A stretch of DNA of 64,000 nucleotides from an uncultured candidatus Porisulfidus sp. (lineage in GTDB: Bacteria > Pseudomonadota > Gammaproteobacteria > Poriferisulfidales > Poriferisulfidaceae), in contig OZ243950.1 in the NCBI GenBank assembly GCA_965214545.1, forward strand, positions 1,478,440 to 1,542,439, written 5' to 3'. The stretch's first letter is position 1; the number at the start of each line of letters is the position of its first letter. This document shows, piece after piece, positions 9,346-18,303 of the stretch. Below the pieces are notes generated by a model, which did not search any database, had not been told where the DNA came from, and was given only the letters and a program-made list of their open reading frames with translations. The position numbers and the translations under genes are program-made.

Positions 9346-9933
9346 TCAGCCGATCCGGGAGGCGGCGAGCAGGCGTTTCAGGTCGCGCAGGACCCCGCGG
9401 GAGGTGGAGTGACCGTCGTAATGCATCAGCAGGTTCCCCAGCGGGTCGACGATGAAGAGGGTGTCGCCGGGCTGGTCGTCCAGTGCGGCGATGCCGGGGT
9501 TTTGGGGGGAAACCCGGACCTGGTCCGCCCGGAAGCGCGCCAGCACGTCCGCGTAGGGGGCCCGCAGTTCCGCGCGATCGAGCAGCACCTGGATCTGCAC
9601 CCGGCTGCGTCGGGAACCCAGGGACTGGTGGACTTGGCGCATCATGAACAGGGCCGCTTCGCAGTCCAGGCCGCAGCTTGAGGCGCGGGCATGGTAGAGC
9701 AGGGTCCAGCGCGGGGGCTGGTCGGGAAGCCGGAACAGGTCGCGCCCGAGCGGTGCAGGCGGCAGGATCAGGGAGCCGTGGCTGTGGCCACCGACTTCTC
9801 CGCGCCATTGCGGGTTGTGGTACAGCACGACCGAAGCGATCAAGGGCCCCGCGAACGCCAGCACCAGGCCGATCAGGTAGAGGCGCGAGCGAAGCAGGCG
9901 CCGGGCTTCCGGGTGCGAACCGAGATGGAACAT
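9346..9933 (-). CDS. SCO1/SenC-like thioredoxin-fold copper chaperone (putative), membrane anchored
   Basis: Internal start MFHLGSHPEARRLLRSRLYLIGLVLAFAGPLIASVVL (TM anchor). CxxxC motif SSCGLDCEA and a C-terminal His (MHYDGH). Located in the cox assembly cluster between SURF1 and ctaA. Confidence 0.45.
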   Translation of the reverse strand: MFHLGSHPEARRLLRSRLYLIGLVLAFAGPLIASVVLYHNPQWRGEVGGHSHGSLILPPAPLGRDLFRLPDQPPRWTLLYHARASSCGLDCEAALFMMRQVHQSLGSRRSRVQIQVLLDRAELRAPYADVLARFRADQVRVSPQNPGIAALDDQPGDTLFIVDPLGNLLMHYDGHSTSRGVLRDLKRLLAASRIG

Positions 9934-10655
9934 CAGTCCGGGCGCACGGGCCGCATGGCGACCAGCAGGAACAGGAGCACCGCGGCGGCGGCCATGGCGA
10001 ACCATTGGACCGCGTACGCGGTATGTTTCTCTGCGCTCATGGGCGGGCCCGGCCAGGCCCGCAGATACCCGTGTGGCTGGTCGTCGGCAAGCCGGATCGT
10101 GGCCGGGACTAAGGACAGCTCGGACAGGCGTTCGGCCAGGCGGGGGTAATCAATGCCCTGGACCACCTGCGGCCAGCCGTGGCCTTCCAGCAGGTGGTCC
10201 GGGTCGGTGAAGGGGTTGGGCTGGGGCAGGGTGACGGTCCCCTCGACCTGAATTTCGGTCTCGCCGGGGACCGGGACGGAGGGCAGCCGGGAGCGGTCCG
10301 CCTCGCCCGGCACCCAGCCCCGGTTGACCAGGACGACCTGCTCGTACGTGGACAACTCGAAGGGGCTCAACACGTGGTAGCCGGGCTGCTTGTCGTGGAC
10401 CTGGTTGTCGAGCAGGAATTGCCGGGGCCGGTACTGCCCGCGCAGGCGGACCCGGCGGCCGGCCAGCTCCTCAATGGAGCCCTCGGGGAAGGATGTGATA
10501 TAAACGGGGGACAATTGTGCCCGTTCCTGTTTCAACGCGTCCTGTGCGCGGCGGAGCTCGGCCCGTTCGAGTTGCCAGAACCCCAGGGACAGGAGAATGG
10601 CGGTCAACGCGACGGCCGTGAAACCGAGCAGGAGCGGGGGACGAAATCGACGCAT
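9933..10655 (-). CDS. SURF1 family cytochrome oxidase assembly protein
   Basis: N- and C-terminal TM helices. GFWQLERAELRRAQ and VLVNRGWVP are SURF1 hallmarks. Confidence 0.8.
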   Translation of the reverse strand: MRRFRPPLLLGFTAVALTAILLSLGFWQLERAELRRAQDALKQERAQLSPVYITSFPEGSIEELAGRRVRLRGQYRPRQFLLDNQVHDKQPGYHVLSPFELSTYEQVVLVNRGWVPGEADRSRLPSVPVPGETEIQVEGTVTLPQPNPFTDPDHLLEGHGWPQVVQGIDYPRLAERLSELSLVPATIRLADDQPHGYLRAWPGPPMSAEKHTAYAVQWFAMAAAAVLLFLLVAMRPVRPD

Positions 10656-10667
10656 GAGGATCAGGCT

Positions 10668-10886
10668 GGGCCCACGATGAAGTCTCTGGTGGTTATTTTA
10701 TTGCTGGTCATTCTGGCAAGCCTGTTCTCGGCCCTGGTGTTCCTGGTCCGGGACCAGGGTTCGACCGACCGCACCGTGCGGGCGCTGACCTGGCGGATCG
10801 GTCTGTCGATCGGCCTGTTTCTGCTGTTGCTAGGGGCCGGCTGGATGGGTTGGATCGAGCCGCATGGACTGCACCCCCGGCCCTGA
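10668..10886 (+). CDS. Twin transmembrane helix small protein (DUF2909), in cox cluster but on the opposite strand
   Basis: MKSLVVILLLVILASLFSALVFLVRDQGSTDRTVRALTWRIGLSIGLFLLLLGAGWMGWIEPHG matches the DUF2909 consensus. Start lies 12 bp from the divergent SURF1 start. Confidence 0.75.
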   Translation, partial: GPTMKSLVVILLLVILASLFSALVFLVRDQGSTDRTVRALTWRIGLSIGLFLLLLGAGWMGWIEPHGLHPRP

Positions 10887-10895
10887 CGCGCGCGC

Positions 10896-11765
10896 TTACA
10901 GCCAGTAGACGAAGACGAACAGGCCGAGCCAGACCACGTCGACGAAGTGCCAGTACCAGGCCGCCGCCTCGAATGCGAAGTGCCGGTCCGAAGTGAAGTG
11001 CCCGGCAATACAGCGGAACAGGATGACCGTCAGGAGGATGGCCCCGATCGTGACGTGCAGGCCGTGGAAGCCGGTCAGCATGAAGAAGGTCGAACCGTAG
11101 ACGCCCGACTCCAGGGTCAGGTTGAGCTCCGTGAAGGCATGCATGTACTCGACCGCCTGCAGGGCGATGAAGAGGAAGCCGAGCACCACGGTCAGGAACA
11201 GCCCGGCGATCAGTTGCCCCCGGTGCCCGGCCCTGAGGGCGTGGTGCGCCCAGGTGACCGTGCCGCCGCTGGTCAGCAGGATCAGCGTGTTGATCGCGGG
11301 CAGGCCCCAGGCCGCCATATGCTGGAAGCCACCGCCGACTTGGCCGGGGCCGTCTGCGGTGTAGGGCCAGAGCGCTTCGTAGCCGTCCCACAGGTAGGTG
11401 TTGGTCAGGATGCCGGTGCCTTCGCCCCCGAGCCACGGCAGCGAGTACTGGCGAGCGTAGTACAGGGCGCCGAAGAACGCGGCGAAGAACATCACTTCCG
11501 AGAAAATGAACCAGAACATTCCCCAACGGAACGACAGGTCGACCTGTGCGTTGTAGGTTTCGCTCTCACTCTCGCTGATCACGGCGCCAAACCAGCCGAA
11601 CATCATGAGCAACACGGTCAGGGCACCGGCCGCCAGCAGCCAGGCGCCGAGCGCGGAGTCCAGCATCATCAGCGCCGCGCCGACCAAGGTGGTGCACAGG
11701 CCGACGGAGCCGACGATCGGCCAGTGGCTGGGTTCGGGGATGTAGTAAAGCGTGGAGTTCGACAT
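10896..11765 (-). CDS. coxC: Cytochrome c oxidase subunit III
   Basis: 289 aa with 7 TM. ...GFHGLHVTIGAILLTV...HFVDVVWLGLFVFVYWL is typical of CoxC/CtaE. Confidence 0.9.
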   Translation of the reverse strand: MSNSTLYYIPEPSHWPIVGSVGLCTTLVGAALMMLDSALGAWLLAAGALTVLLMMFGWFGAVISESESETYNAQVDLSFRWGMFWFIFSEVMFFAAFFGALYYARQYSLPWLGGEGTGILTNTYLWDGYEALWPYTADGPGQVGGGFQHMAAWGLPAINTLILLTSGGTVTWAHHALRAGHRGQLIAGLFLTVVLGFLFIALQAVEYMHAFTELNLTLESGVYGSTFFMLTGFHGLHVTIGAILLTVILFRCIAGHFTSDRHFAFEAAAWYWHFVDVVWLGLFVFVYWL

Positions 11766-11770
11766 GGGGG

Positions 11771-12319
11771 TCAGCCTGATTGGGTCCCGGAGCTCCGGGA
11801 GACGTCAAAAAAAGTGTACGACAGGGTCAGGGTTCCGATGCTGTCGGGCAGGCGTTCGCTGATCTTGAAGATTAAAGGCATTTCAACGCTTTCGCCGGCA
11901 TCGAGCGGCTGGCTTGTGAAGCAGAAGCATTCCTGCTTGATCAAGTGCGGCGCCGCCATTTGCGGGGCGACGCTGGGGACCGCCTGGCCGGTCATGGGCT
12001 GGGCGGTCCGGTTGCGCGCATGGAAGACGGTCTGGTAGGTCTGGCCGGGACGGACGGCCATCTCGAACTGGTCGGGGCGGATGTCCCAGGGCATGGAATG
12101 ATCGACGTTGGCGACGAACTGCAGGGTGACCTCGCGTTCGGCGGCGGGCGGGGCTTCAGGGGCGGTGGACACCGCCCGGGTCAGGTTGCTGGTCGAGCCG
12201 GACAAGCCGGTGATGTCGCACAGGATGTCGTACAGCGGGACCAGCGCATAGGAGAAGCCGAGCATCAGCACGCAGGCCGCGGCCAGCCGGGTCGCCGTCC
12301 GGCGGTTCGGGCGGTTCAT
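11771..12319 (-). CDS. ctaG: Cytochrome c oxidase assembly protein CtaG/Cox11
   Basis: N-terminal TM, then VPLYDILCDITGLSG and CFCF copper-binding motif. Confidence 0.85.
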   Translation of the reverse strand: MNRPNRRTATRLAAACVLMLGFSYALVPLYDILCDITGLSGSTSNLTRAVSTAPEAPPAAEREVTLQFVANVDHSMPWDIRPDQFEMAVRPGQTYQTVFHARNRTAQPMTGQAVPSVAPQMAAPHLIKQECFCFTSQPLDAGESVEMPLIFKISERLPDSIGTLTLSYTFFDVSRSSGTQSG

Positions 12320-12428
12320 CCTGCGGTCCCGACCAGGAAGTAGAAGCCGATGTAGATCGTCAGGGCGATGATCCCGACGATCCAGGCGGTGCGCAGCGCG
12401 GCGCGGCGTTCGGGCGGCCGGGCGGGGC

Positions 12429-14006
12429 TCATCGAACCACCGGCGGGGTGGTGAAGCTGTGATAGGGGGGCGGTGACGGCAGGGTCCATTCCAGCCCTTC
12501 CGCGCCTTCCCAGACCTGGTCCGTGGCTTTCTTGCCGCCGCGGATGGTCACCATCAGGATGTACAGGAACAGCAACTGCGCGAAGCCGAAGCCGAACGCA
12601 CCGACCGAGGCCAGCATGTTGTAGTCGGCGAATTGCAGCGCGTAGTCGGGGATGCGCCGCGGCATGCCGGCGAGGCCGACGAAGTGCATCGGGAAGAAGG
12701 TCAGGTTGACGAAGATGGTGGAGAGCCAGAAGTGCCACTGGCCGAGGCGTTCCGGGTAGTGGTTGCCGGTCCACTTGGGCAGCCAGTAGTAGACCGCCGC
12801 CATGATCGCGAAGATTGATCCGGGGACCAGGACGTAGTGGAAGTGGGCGACCACGAAATAGGAATCGTGGTACTGGAAGTCCGCCGGCACGATCGCCAGC
12901 ATCAGCCCGGAGAACCCGCCGATGGTGAACATGACGATGAAGCCGATGGAGAACAGCATCGGGGTCTCGAAGGTCATCGAGCCGCGCCACATGGTGGCGA
13001 CCCAGTTGAAGACCTTGACCCCGGTCGGCACGGCGATCAGCATGGTGGCGAACATGAAGAACAGTTCACCGGCCAGCGGCATGCCGACCGTGAACATGTG
13101 GTGCGCCCACACGACGAACGACAGGAACGCGATCGAGGCGGTGGCGTAGACCATCGAGCTGTAGCCGAACAAGGGCTTGCGGGAGAAGGTCGGCAGAATG
13201 CTGGAGACCACCCCGAACGACGGCAGGATCAGGATGTAGACTTCCGGATGGCCGAAGAACCAGAAGATATGCTGGAACATGACCGGGTCGCCGCCGCCGG
13301 CCGCGTTGAAGAAGCTGGTGCCGAAGAACTTGTCGGTCAGCAGCATGGTGACGCCGCCCGCCAGTACCGGCATCACGGCGATCAGCAGGAAGGCGGTAAT
13401 CAGCCAGGTCCAGACGAACAGGGGCATCTTCATCATGTGCATGCCGGGCGCGCGCATGTTGAGGATGGTGGCGATGACGTTGATCGCGCCCATGATGGAG
13501 GACATGCCCATGAAGTGGATCGCGAAGATGACGAACGGCAGGGCATTGCCGGTTTGCAGGGTGAGCGGGGGGTACAGGGTCCAGCCGCCGGCCGGGCCGC
13601 CGCCGTCCATGAACAGGGTCGACAACAGCATTGCGAACGCGAACGGCAGGATCCAGAAACTCCAGTTGTTGAGGCGCGGCAGGGCCATGTCGGTGGCGCC
13701 GACCATCAGCGGGATCTGCCAGTTGGCCAGCCCGGTGAAGGCGGGCATCACCACGCCGAAGATCATCACCAGCGCGTGCATCGTGGTCATCGAGTTGAAG
13801 AACTGGGGATCGACGAATTGCAGGCCCGGGGAGAACAGTTCGGTGCGGATCACCAGCGCCATCGCGCCGCCGATGAAGAACATGGCCAGGGCCAGCCACA
13901 GGTACAGCGTGCCGATGTCCTTGTGGTTGGTGGTGGTGACCCAGCGCCACAGGCCGCTGGGGCGGTAGTCGTGATGGTCGTCGTGCGCGGCGGCGGTTTC
14001 GCTCAT
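12429..14006 (-). CDS. coxA: Cytochrome c oxidase subunit I
   Basis: Internal start MSETAAAHDDHHDYRPSGLWRWVTTTNHKDIGTLYLW.... 12 TM with conserved His ligands (HPEVYILILP, HHMFTVGM). Confidence 0.9.
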   Translation of the reverse strand: MSETAAAHDDHHDYRPSGLWRWVTTTNHKDIGTLYLWLALAMFFIGGAMALVIRTELFSPGLQFVDPQFFNSMTTMHALVMIFGVVMPAFTGLANWQIPLMVGATDMALPRLNNWSFWILPFAFAMLLSTLFMDGGGPAGGWTLYPPLTLQTGNALPFVIFAIHFMGMSSIMGAINVIATILNMRAPGMHMMKMPLFVWTWLITAFLLIAVMPVLAGGVTMLLTDKFFGTSFFNAAGGGDPVMFQHIFWFFGHPEVYILILPSFGVVSSILPTFSRKPLFGYSSMVYATASIAFLSFVVWAHHMFTVGMPLAGELFFMFATMLIAVPTGVKVFNWVATMWRGSMTFETPMLFSIGFIVMFTIGGFSGLMLAIVPADFQYHDSYFVVAHFHYVLVPGSIFAIMAAVYYWLPKWTGNHYPERLGQWHFWLSTIFVNLTFFPMHFVGLAGMPRRIPDYALQFADYNMLASVGAFGFGFAQLLFLYILMVTIRGGKKATDQVWEGAEGLEWTLPSPPPYHSFTTPPVVR

Positions 14007-14020
14007 GTCGGCTCCGTAGC

Positions 14021-14845
14021 TTATTCGGCCGCGCCGGCGGCCTGTTTCTCGGCCCAGGCGCGGTATTCGTCGGGGGGCACGGCGTGGACTTCGATCGGCA
14101 TGAAGCCGTGGTCCCGGCCGCACAGTTCGGCGCATTGGCCGCGGTAGACGCCGGGCTCATCGATCTGGGTCCACAGCTCGTTGATGAAGCCCGGGATGGC
14201 GTCCCGCTTGAGGGCCAGGTCCGGCATCCACCAGGCATGAATGACGTCGTTGGCGGTGATCAGCATGCGGATCTTGGTGTCGGTCGGGAGGACCAGGGGC
14301 CGGTCGACCTCCAGCAGGTAGTGCTCGCCTTTTTCCGCCCGGTCGCGAATCTCATCGCGCGACGTCGACAGGAACGAATAGAAGCCGAAGTCGTGATCCA
14401 GGTAATCGTAGCGCCACAGCCATTGGTAGCCGGTGATCTTGATCGTCATTTCGGAGCCGCCGGAGTCTTCCATCTTGATCAGGGTGGCGGTGGCCGGGAC
14501 CGCCATGGCCACCAGGATGATGAACGGGATCACCGTCCAGATCACCTCCACGGTGGTGCTTTCGTGGAACGTTGCGGCTGTCGCGCCGCGGGATTTCCGG
14601 TGCATCAGGATGGAGTAGAACATGGCGCCGAACACGACGACGCCGATGACCACGCAGATCCAGAAGATCAGCATGTGCAAGTCGTAGACGATGCGGCTGA
14701 TTTCGGTGACGCCAACCGGCATGTTGAGGGTGTCCCAGCCGGCCAGCGCAGTGCCGGCGACAGGCAACAGGATCGCCCCGGCCGCGAGGCGGCAGAGGTT
14801 CAGGAGGGATGGGATCGGCAGCAACCGACGGATTCTTTCCGGCAT
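14021..14845 (-). CDS. coxB: Cytochrome c oxidase subunit II (CuA)
   Basis: Two TM helices, then the CuA site HAWWMPDLALKRDAIPG...CAELCGRDHGFM. Start is the internal Met MPERIRRLL, or the upstream Met at 14884. Confidence 0.85.
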   Translation of the reverse strand: MPERIRRLLPIPSLLNLCRLAAGAILLPVAGTALAGWDTLNMPVGVTEISRIVYDLHMLIFWICVVIGVVVFGAMFYSILMHRKSRGATAATFHESTTVEVIWTVIPFIILVAMAVPATATLIKMEDSGGSEMTIKITGYQWLWRYDYLDHDFGFYSFLSTSRDEIRDRAEKGEHYLLEVDRPLVLPTDTKIRMLITANDVIHAWWMPDLALKRDAIPGFINELWTQIDEPGVYRGQCAELCGRDHGFMPIEVHAVPPDEYRAWAEKQAAGAAE

Positions 14846-15082
14846 GGGTAGAGATCGGGCGTGTTTCGTCTGGAGTGGAGGCAATCAGGCGCCCATTATA
14901 TATGGTGGGGGTGGGGCTGCCGGGCGCGGGGGGTCGGTGCGTGGCACCGGGCCTGCCGCACCTCCCGGCCGACTTCGGCCCGGCGCATTTCTGGCAAGCT
15001 CTATGACTATACTGGGGGATGCGGAATTTTTCCTGGCCCGCTGAAACCCCTCGCCGGCGCGATGCCAGCCCGGAGGCTCCCG

Positions 15083-16018
15083 ATGCCTGCTGATGCCAAG
15101 ACCGAGAGACCCGCCCCCCGCGGGCACGAGGACGATGCCCGCCGTATTTTCTGGGCGTTCCTGCTGATCGGAAGTTTCATGATCGCCGAGGTCGTCGGCG
15201 GCGTCATTTCGGGATCCCTGGCGTTGCTGGCCGACGCCGCACACATGCTGATCGACACGGTGTCCCTGCTGTTTGCATGGATCGCCTTCAGGCTGAGCCA
15301 GCGCCCGGAGGATGCGGCCCGGACTTACGGCTACGCCCGTTTCCCGGTGCTGGCCGCTTTCACCAACGGCGTCAGTTTGGTGTTCATCGTCGGCTGGATC
15401 TTTTTCGAGGCGGTCGGCCGGCTCTTCGATCCGACCGAAGTTCTGGCCGGGCCGATGCTGGCGGTTGCATCGCTGGGCCTGATCGTCAACATCGCCGCAT
15501 TCGCACTGTTTCACGGGGCGAACCGCGACAACCTGAATGTCCGGGGCGCCCTGATCCACGTGGTGGGAGACCTGCTCGGCTCGGTTGCAGCGGTCAGCGC
15601 GGCCCTGGTCATCATGGCAACCGGCTGGATGATGATCGACCCGCTGCTGTCCTTCCTGGTCGGGCTGCTGGTGTTGCGCAGCGCCTGGTTTGTGCTCAAG
15701 AAATCGGCGCACGTGTTGCTCGAGGGAGTCCCCGAGCAGTTGCACGTGGAGGAAATCGGCCCGGACCTGGTGGCGCACATTCCAGGCATCGAGGATGTTC
15801 ATCACGTGCATGCCTGGTCCCTGTCCCAGGAAACCTCGCTGTTGACTCTGCACGCGCGCGTGACCGAAGAGACCCCGCTGGACCCGACGATCGTCGCCAT
15901 TCGCGCCCGTTTGGCGGAGCGTTTCGGCATCAATCACGTCACCGTGCAGATCGAAGTGGAAGACTGCACCGATAATCCGGCGGCCGTGCCCGGGCGCCCC
16001 GACCCAGAAATGTTATAA
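15083..16018 (+). CDS. czcD: Cation diffusion facilitator family Zn/Co/Cd efflux protein
   Basis: 6 TM. HMLIDTVS...HVVGDLLGS are CDF metal-site motifs. Cytoplasmic C-terminal domain with HHVHAWSL. GGAGG RBS 8 nt upstream of ATG 15083. Confidence 0.8.
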   Translation: MPADAKTERPAPRGHEDDARRIFWAFLLIGSFMIAEVVGGVISGSLALLADAAHMLIDTVSLLFAWIAFRLSQRPEDAARTYGYARFPVLAAFTNGVSLVFIVGWIFFEAVGRLFDPTEVLAGPMLAVASLGLIVNIAAFALFHGANRDNLNVRGALIHVVGDLLGSVAAVSAALVIMATGWMMIDPLLSFLVGLLVLRSAWFVLKKSAHVLLEGVPEQLHVEEIGPDLVAHIPGIEDVHHVHAWSLSQETSLLTLHARVTEETPLDPTIVAIRARLAERFGINHVTVQIEVEDCTDNPAAVPGRPDPEML

Positions 16019-16030
16019 TGTTACACTTTG
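16007..16030 (+). promoter_or_regulatory. Zur box (zinc uptake regulator operator) overlapping the czcD stop codon, upstream of znuA
   Basis: GAAATGTTATAATGTTACACTTTG versus the E. coli-type Zur consensus GAAATGTTATAATATAACATTTC. It contains a TATAAT -10 hexamer and lies ~65 bp upstream of the znuA ATG. Confidence 0.6.
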
Positions 16031-16094
16031 AACGCTTGGCGTGCCGGCCGGATCATCCCGCCGTTGCCCAAGCCGCTTTTGACGGAGATCGAAG

Positions 16095-17096
16095 ATGAAT
16101 TCGGCATGCGTTCTCAACGTGAAGCCCCTGCGCGGCCTGTGGGTTGCGGTAATGCTGCTCGGCGGCATCGTCCCCGGCACGGGGGCGGCCGGTGTTGCCG
16201 ATCAGGTCGTTACTTCGATCCGGCCGGTGCACGCGCTGGTCAGCGGCGTCATGGCAGGGGTTGGCGAGCCCGACCTGATCGTGCGCGGCACCGTGTCGCC
16301 GCACGCCTTCAGCCTGCGTCCCTCCGATGCGGCGAACCTTGAGGCCGCCCGGGTGGTGTTCCTGGTCGGCGAGTCGGTGGAGACGTCCCTGTTCGGTTCG
16401 GTTGGCACACTGGCGCACCGCGCCCGCATCGTTCTGCTGTCCGAGGCTCCCGGCCTGGTTCACCGGCCGCTCCGGGAAGGGGGAAATTTTGATACGCATG
16501 CCCACGGCGCCGATGACCCCCATGCCCACCCCGCGCACCCAGACCATGGCGGGTTCGATTTGCATCTTTGGCTCGACCCGGTGAATGCCGGGGCGATGGT
16601 GCGCATGATCGCGGACACCCTGTCCGAGGCCGATCCGAAGAATGCCGGGACCTACGCGGCCAATGCCGGAATACTTCTGCGTCGCCTGCAGGACCTGACC
16701 CTGGAAATTGCGGAAGAGCTTGCTCCGGCGCGCGACCGGCCCTTTATCGTGTTTCACGACGCCTACCAGCATTTCGAGGATCGCTTCGGTCTGAAAGCGG
16801 TCGGTTCGGTGATGGTCAGCCCGGACCAGGCCCCGAGCGTCCGGCGCATCGCGGAACTTCGTGACAAGGTTCGCCGGCTGGGTGCGGTTTGCGTGTTCGA
16901 CGAAGCCCAGTTCGAATCGGGCCTCATCGACACGATCATCGAAGGGACCTCGGCCCAGACCGGCATGTTGGACCCTCTTGGTGGCGCCGACTCGAAGGGC
17001 TCCGAAGCGTATTTCGACCTGATCCGCAACATGGCGGCCTCGTTCAAGGACTGCTTGGCACCGGCGGGTGCGGGACAAAATAGACAGGTTGATTGA
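16095..17096 (+). CDS. znuA: Zinc ABC transporter periplasmic substrate-binding protein ZnuA (TroA-like) with His-rich loop; no znuBC adjacent
   Basis: Signal peptide, TroA-fold motifs, and His-rich insert HAHGADDPHAHPAHPDHGGFDLHLWLDP typical of Zn-specific ZnuA. Confidence 0.8.
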   Translation: MNSACVLNVKPLRGLWVAVMLLGGIVPGTGAAGVADQVVTSIRPVHALVSGVMAGVGEPDLIVRGTVSPHAFSLRPSDAANLEAARVVFLVGESVETSLFGSVGTLAHRARIVLLSEAPGLVHRPLREGGNFDTHAHGADDPHAHPAHPDHGGFDLHLWLDPVNAGAMVRMIADTLSEADPKNAGTYAANAGILLRRLQDLTLEIAEELAPARDRPFIVFHDAYQHFEDRFGLKAVGSVMVSPDQAPSVRRIAELRDKVRRLGAVCVFDEAQFESGLIDTIIEGTSAQTGMLDPLGGADSKGSEAYFDLIRNMAASFKDCLAPAGAGQNRQVD

Positions 17097-17108
17097 TCCG
17101 ATAATTTC

Positions 17109-17149
17109 TTGCCATATGGCATAATTAATATATAATTTGCCATATGGCA
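17109..17149 (+). promoter_or_regulatory. Putative autoregulated TA promoter/operator: two perfect 12-bp palindromes TGCCATATGGCA flanking a -10
   Basis: cTTGCCATATGGCAtaattaataTATAATtTGCCATATGGCAtatattc. The -35-like TTGCCA lies inside palindrome 1, then a 16-nt spacer, then TATAAT. Palindrome 2 overlaps the predicted transcription start. Confidence 0.55.
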
Positions 17150-17563
17150 TATATTCACCCGGTTTTGCCGGACAGGGCTCCTGTTTCTGCCAGCATCAAT
17201 GATGCAGAGACGGGTGCCATGCTTCGAGCCTTCTTCAACCTGGTGAAGCGTTGGCAGCTGAACGACCGGCAGGGGCGTATCCTGCTGGGCGAGCCGGCTA
17301 TGCGAACCTATGCCCGCTGGAAAACGGGGAAGGTTGAACCGTCGCGCATTTCACGAGATGTTCGCGAGCGCCTGTCCATAGTGATGGGCATCCACAAGGG
17401 TTTGCGCTACATGTTTCCCGAACCGTCGCGGGCCTACGATTGGCTGCACAAACCGAACCCGGTATTCGGGGGCGATTCCGCACTGAACCGTTTACTGGCA
17501 GGCTCCATTTCCGACCTGATGGCGGTCCGCGCCTATCTGGATGCAGAGCGGGGAGGATGGTAG
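17144..17563 (+). CDS. Xre/MbcA/ParS-like antitoxin (DUF2384 toxin-binding domain + HTH)
   Basis: ...AMLRAFFNLVKRWQLNDRQGRILLGEPAMRTYARWKTGKVEPSRISRDVRERLSIVMGIHKGLRYMF matches the DUF2384 antitoxin architecture. An alternative start at 17219 (MLRAFF) is likely because ATG 17144 sits inside the operator. Confidence 0.65.
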   Translation: MAYIHPVLPDRAPVSASINDAETGAMLRAFFNLVKRWQLNDRQGRILLGEPAMRTYARWKTGKVEPSRISRDVRERLSIVMGIHKGLRYMFPEPSRAYDWLHKPNPVFGGDSALNRLLAGSISDLMAVRAYLDAERGGW

Positions 17564-18273
17564 TCCCTCCCCTCAGCCGAGTGCGCTGGCGCCAGACCTA
17601 TCGCCTCGCCCGGTCAATCTATCCACCGGTCGACTTGTTCGAAGACATTGCGGATCCCGCCGATTGGGAATTAATTTCCCATGCGGAGGCCAAGACCAAT
17701 CCGCGGGTGCGCGACAAAATGGGAGCCATCCATTTGGTTCCTCCGGAGCGGCGCGTCTCGGGACCGGGTGCCAGTTGGGCGATGGCACCTTTCTGCCATG
17801 CTTCAGGTGCCCGGCCCAGTCGTTTCAGCGATGGGAGCTATGGCGTGTGTTACGTCGGTGACCGTTTCGAGGTGGCGTTGGCAGAATCGGTATTCCATTT
17901 CGAGCGTTTTATGTCCGCAACCGAAGAAGATCCGTCTACGGCGGATTACCGGGAATTGGTCGGGAGCCTGGATGCGGAGTTGCATGACCTGCGCGGCGGT
18001 GTTGCCTTCCGCCCTGCCCTGGATGCTGACGATTACACGGCCGCGCAATCATGGGCGCACGAATTGCGGGAGAAACACGGCAGTGATGGCGTGGTCTACC
18101 CCAGCGTGCGCCATCCGGTCGGTGATGCCGTTGCAGCATTTTGGCCCGATGTCGTCGGCATCCCTGTTCAAGGCAGGCACGTATGCTACCGGTGGGATGG
18201 CAGTCGGGCCGACGCTTGGCTGGTGTACGGCGAGGCACATTGGCGGTCTTTCCGGCGACAAGCAGCGCGGTGA
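17557..18273 (+). CDS. RES-domain toxin (ParT/MbcT-like NAD+-targeting toxin family)
   Basis: Start MVVPPLSRVRWRQTYRLARSIYPPVDLFEDI overlaps the antitoxin stop by 8 nt. RFSDGSYGVCYVGDRFEVALAES gives the R...E...S RES signature. Confidence 0.65.
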   Translation: MVVPPLSRVRWRQTYRLARSIYPPVDLFEDIADPADWELISHAEAKTNPRVRDKMGAIHLVPPERRVSGPGASWAMAPFCHASGARPSRFSDGSYGVCYVGDRFEVALAESVFHFERFMSATEEDPSTADYRELVGSLDAELHDLRGGVAFRPALDADDYTAAQSWAHELREKHGSDGVVYPSVRHPVGDAVAAFWPDVVGIPVQGRHVCYRWDGSRADAWLVYGEAHWRSFRRQAAR

Positions 18274-18303
18274 GAATCAAAGGGGCCGCCTTCGGTTCGG
18301 GCT

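Noticed and set aside
12837-14147. 436-aa plus-strand ORF and others (12473+, 13279+, 13066-) overlapping coxA
   Set aside because: Antisense or alternate-frame artefacts. coxA homology is unambiguous.
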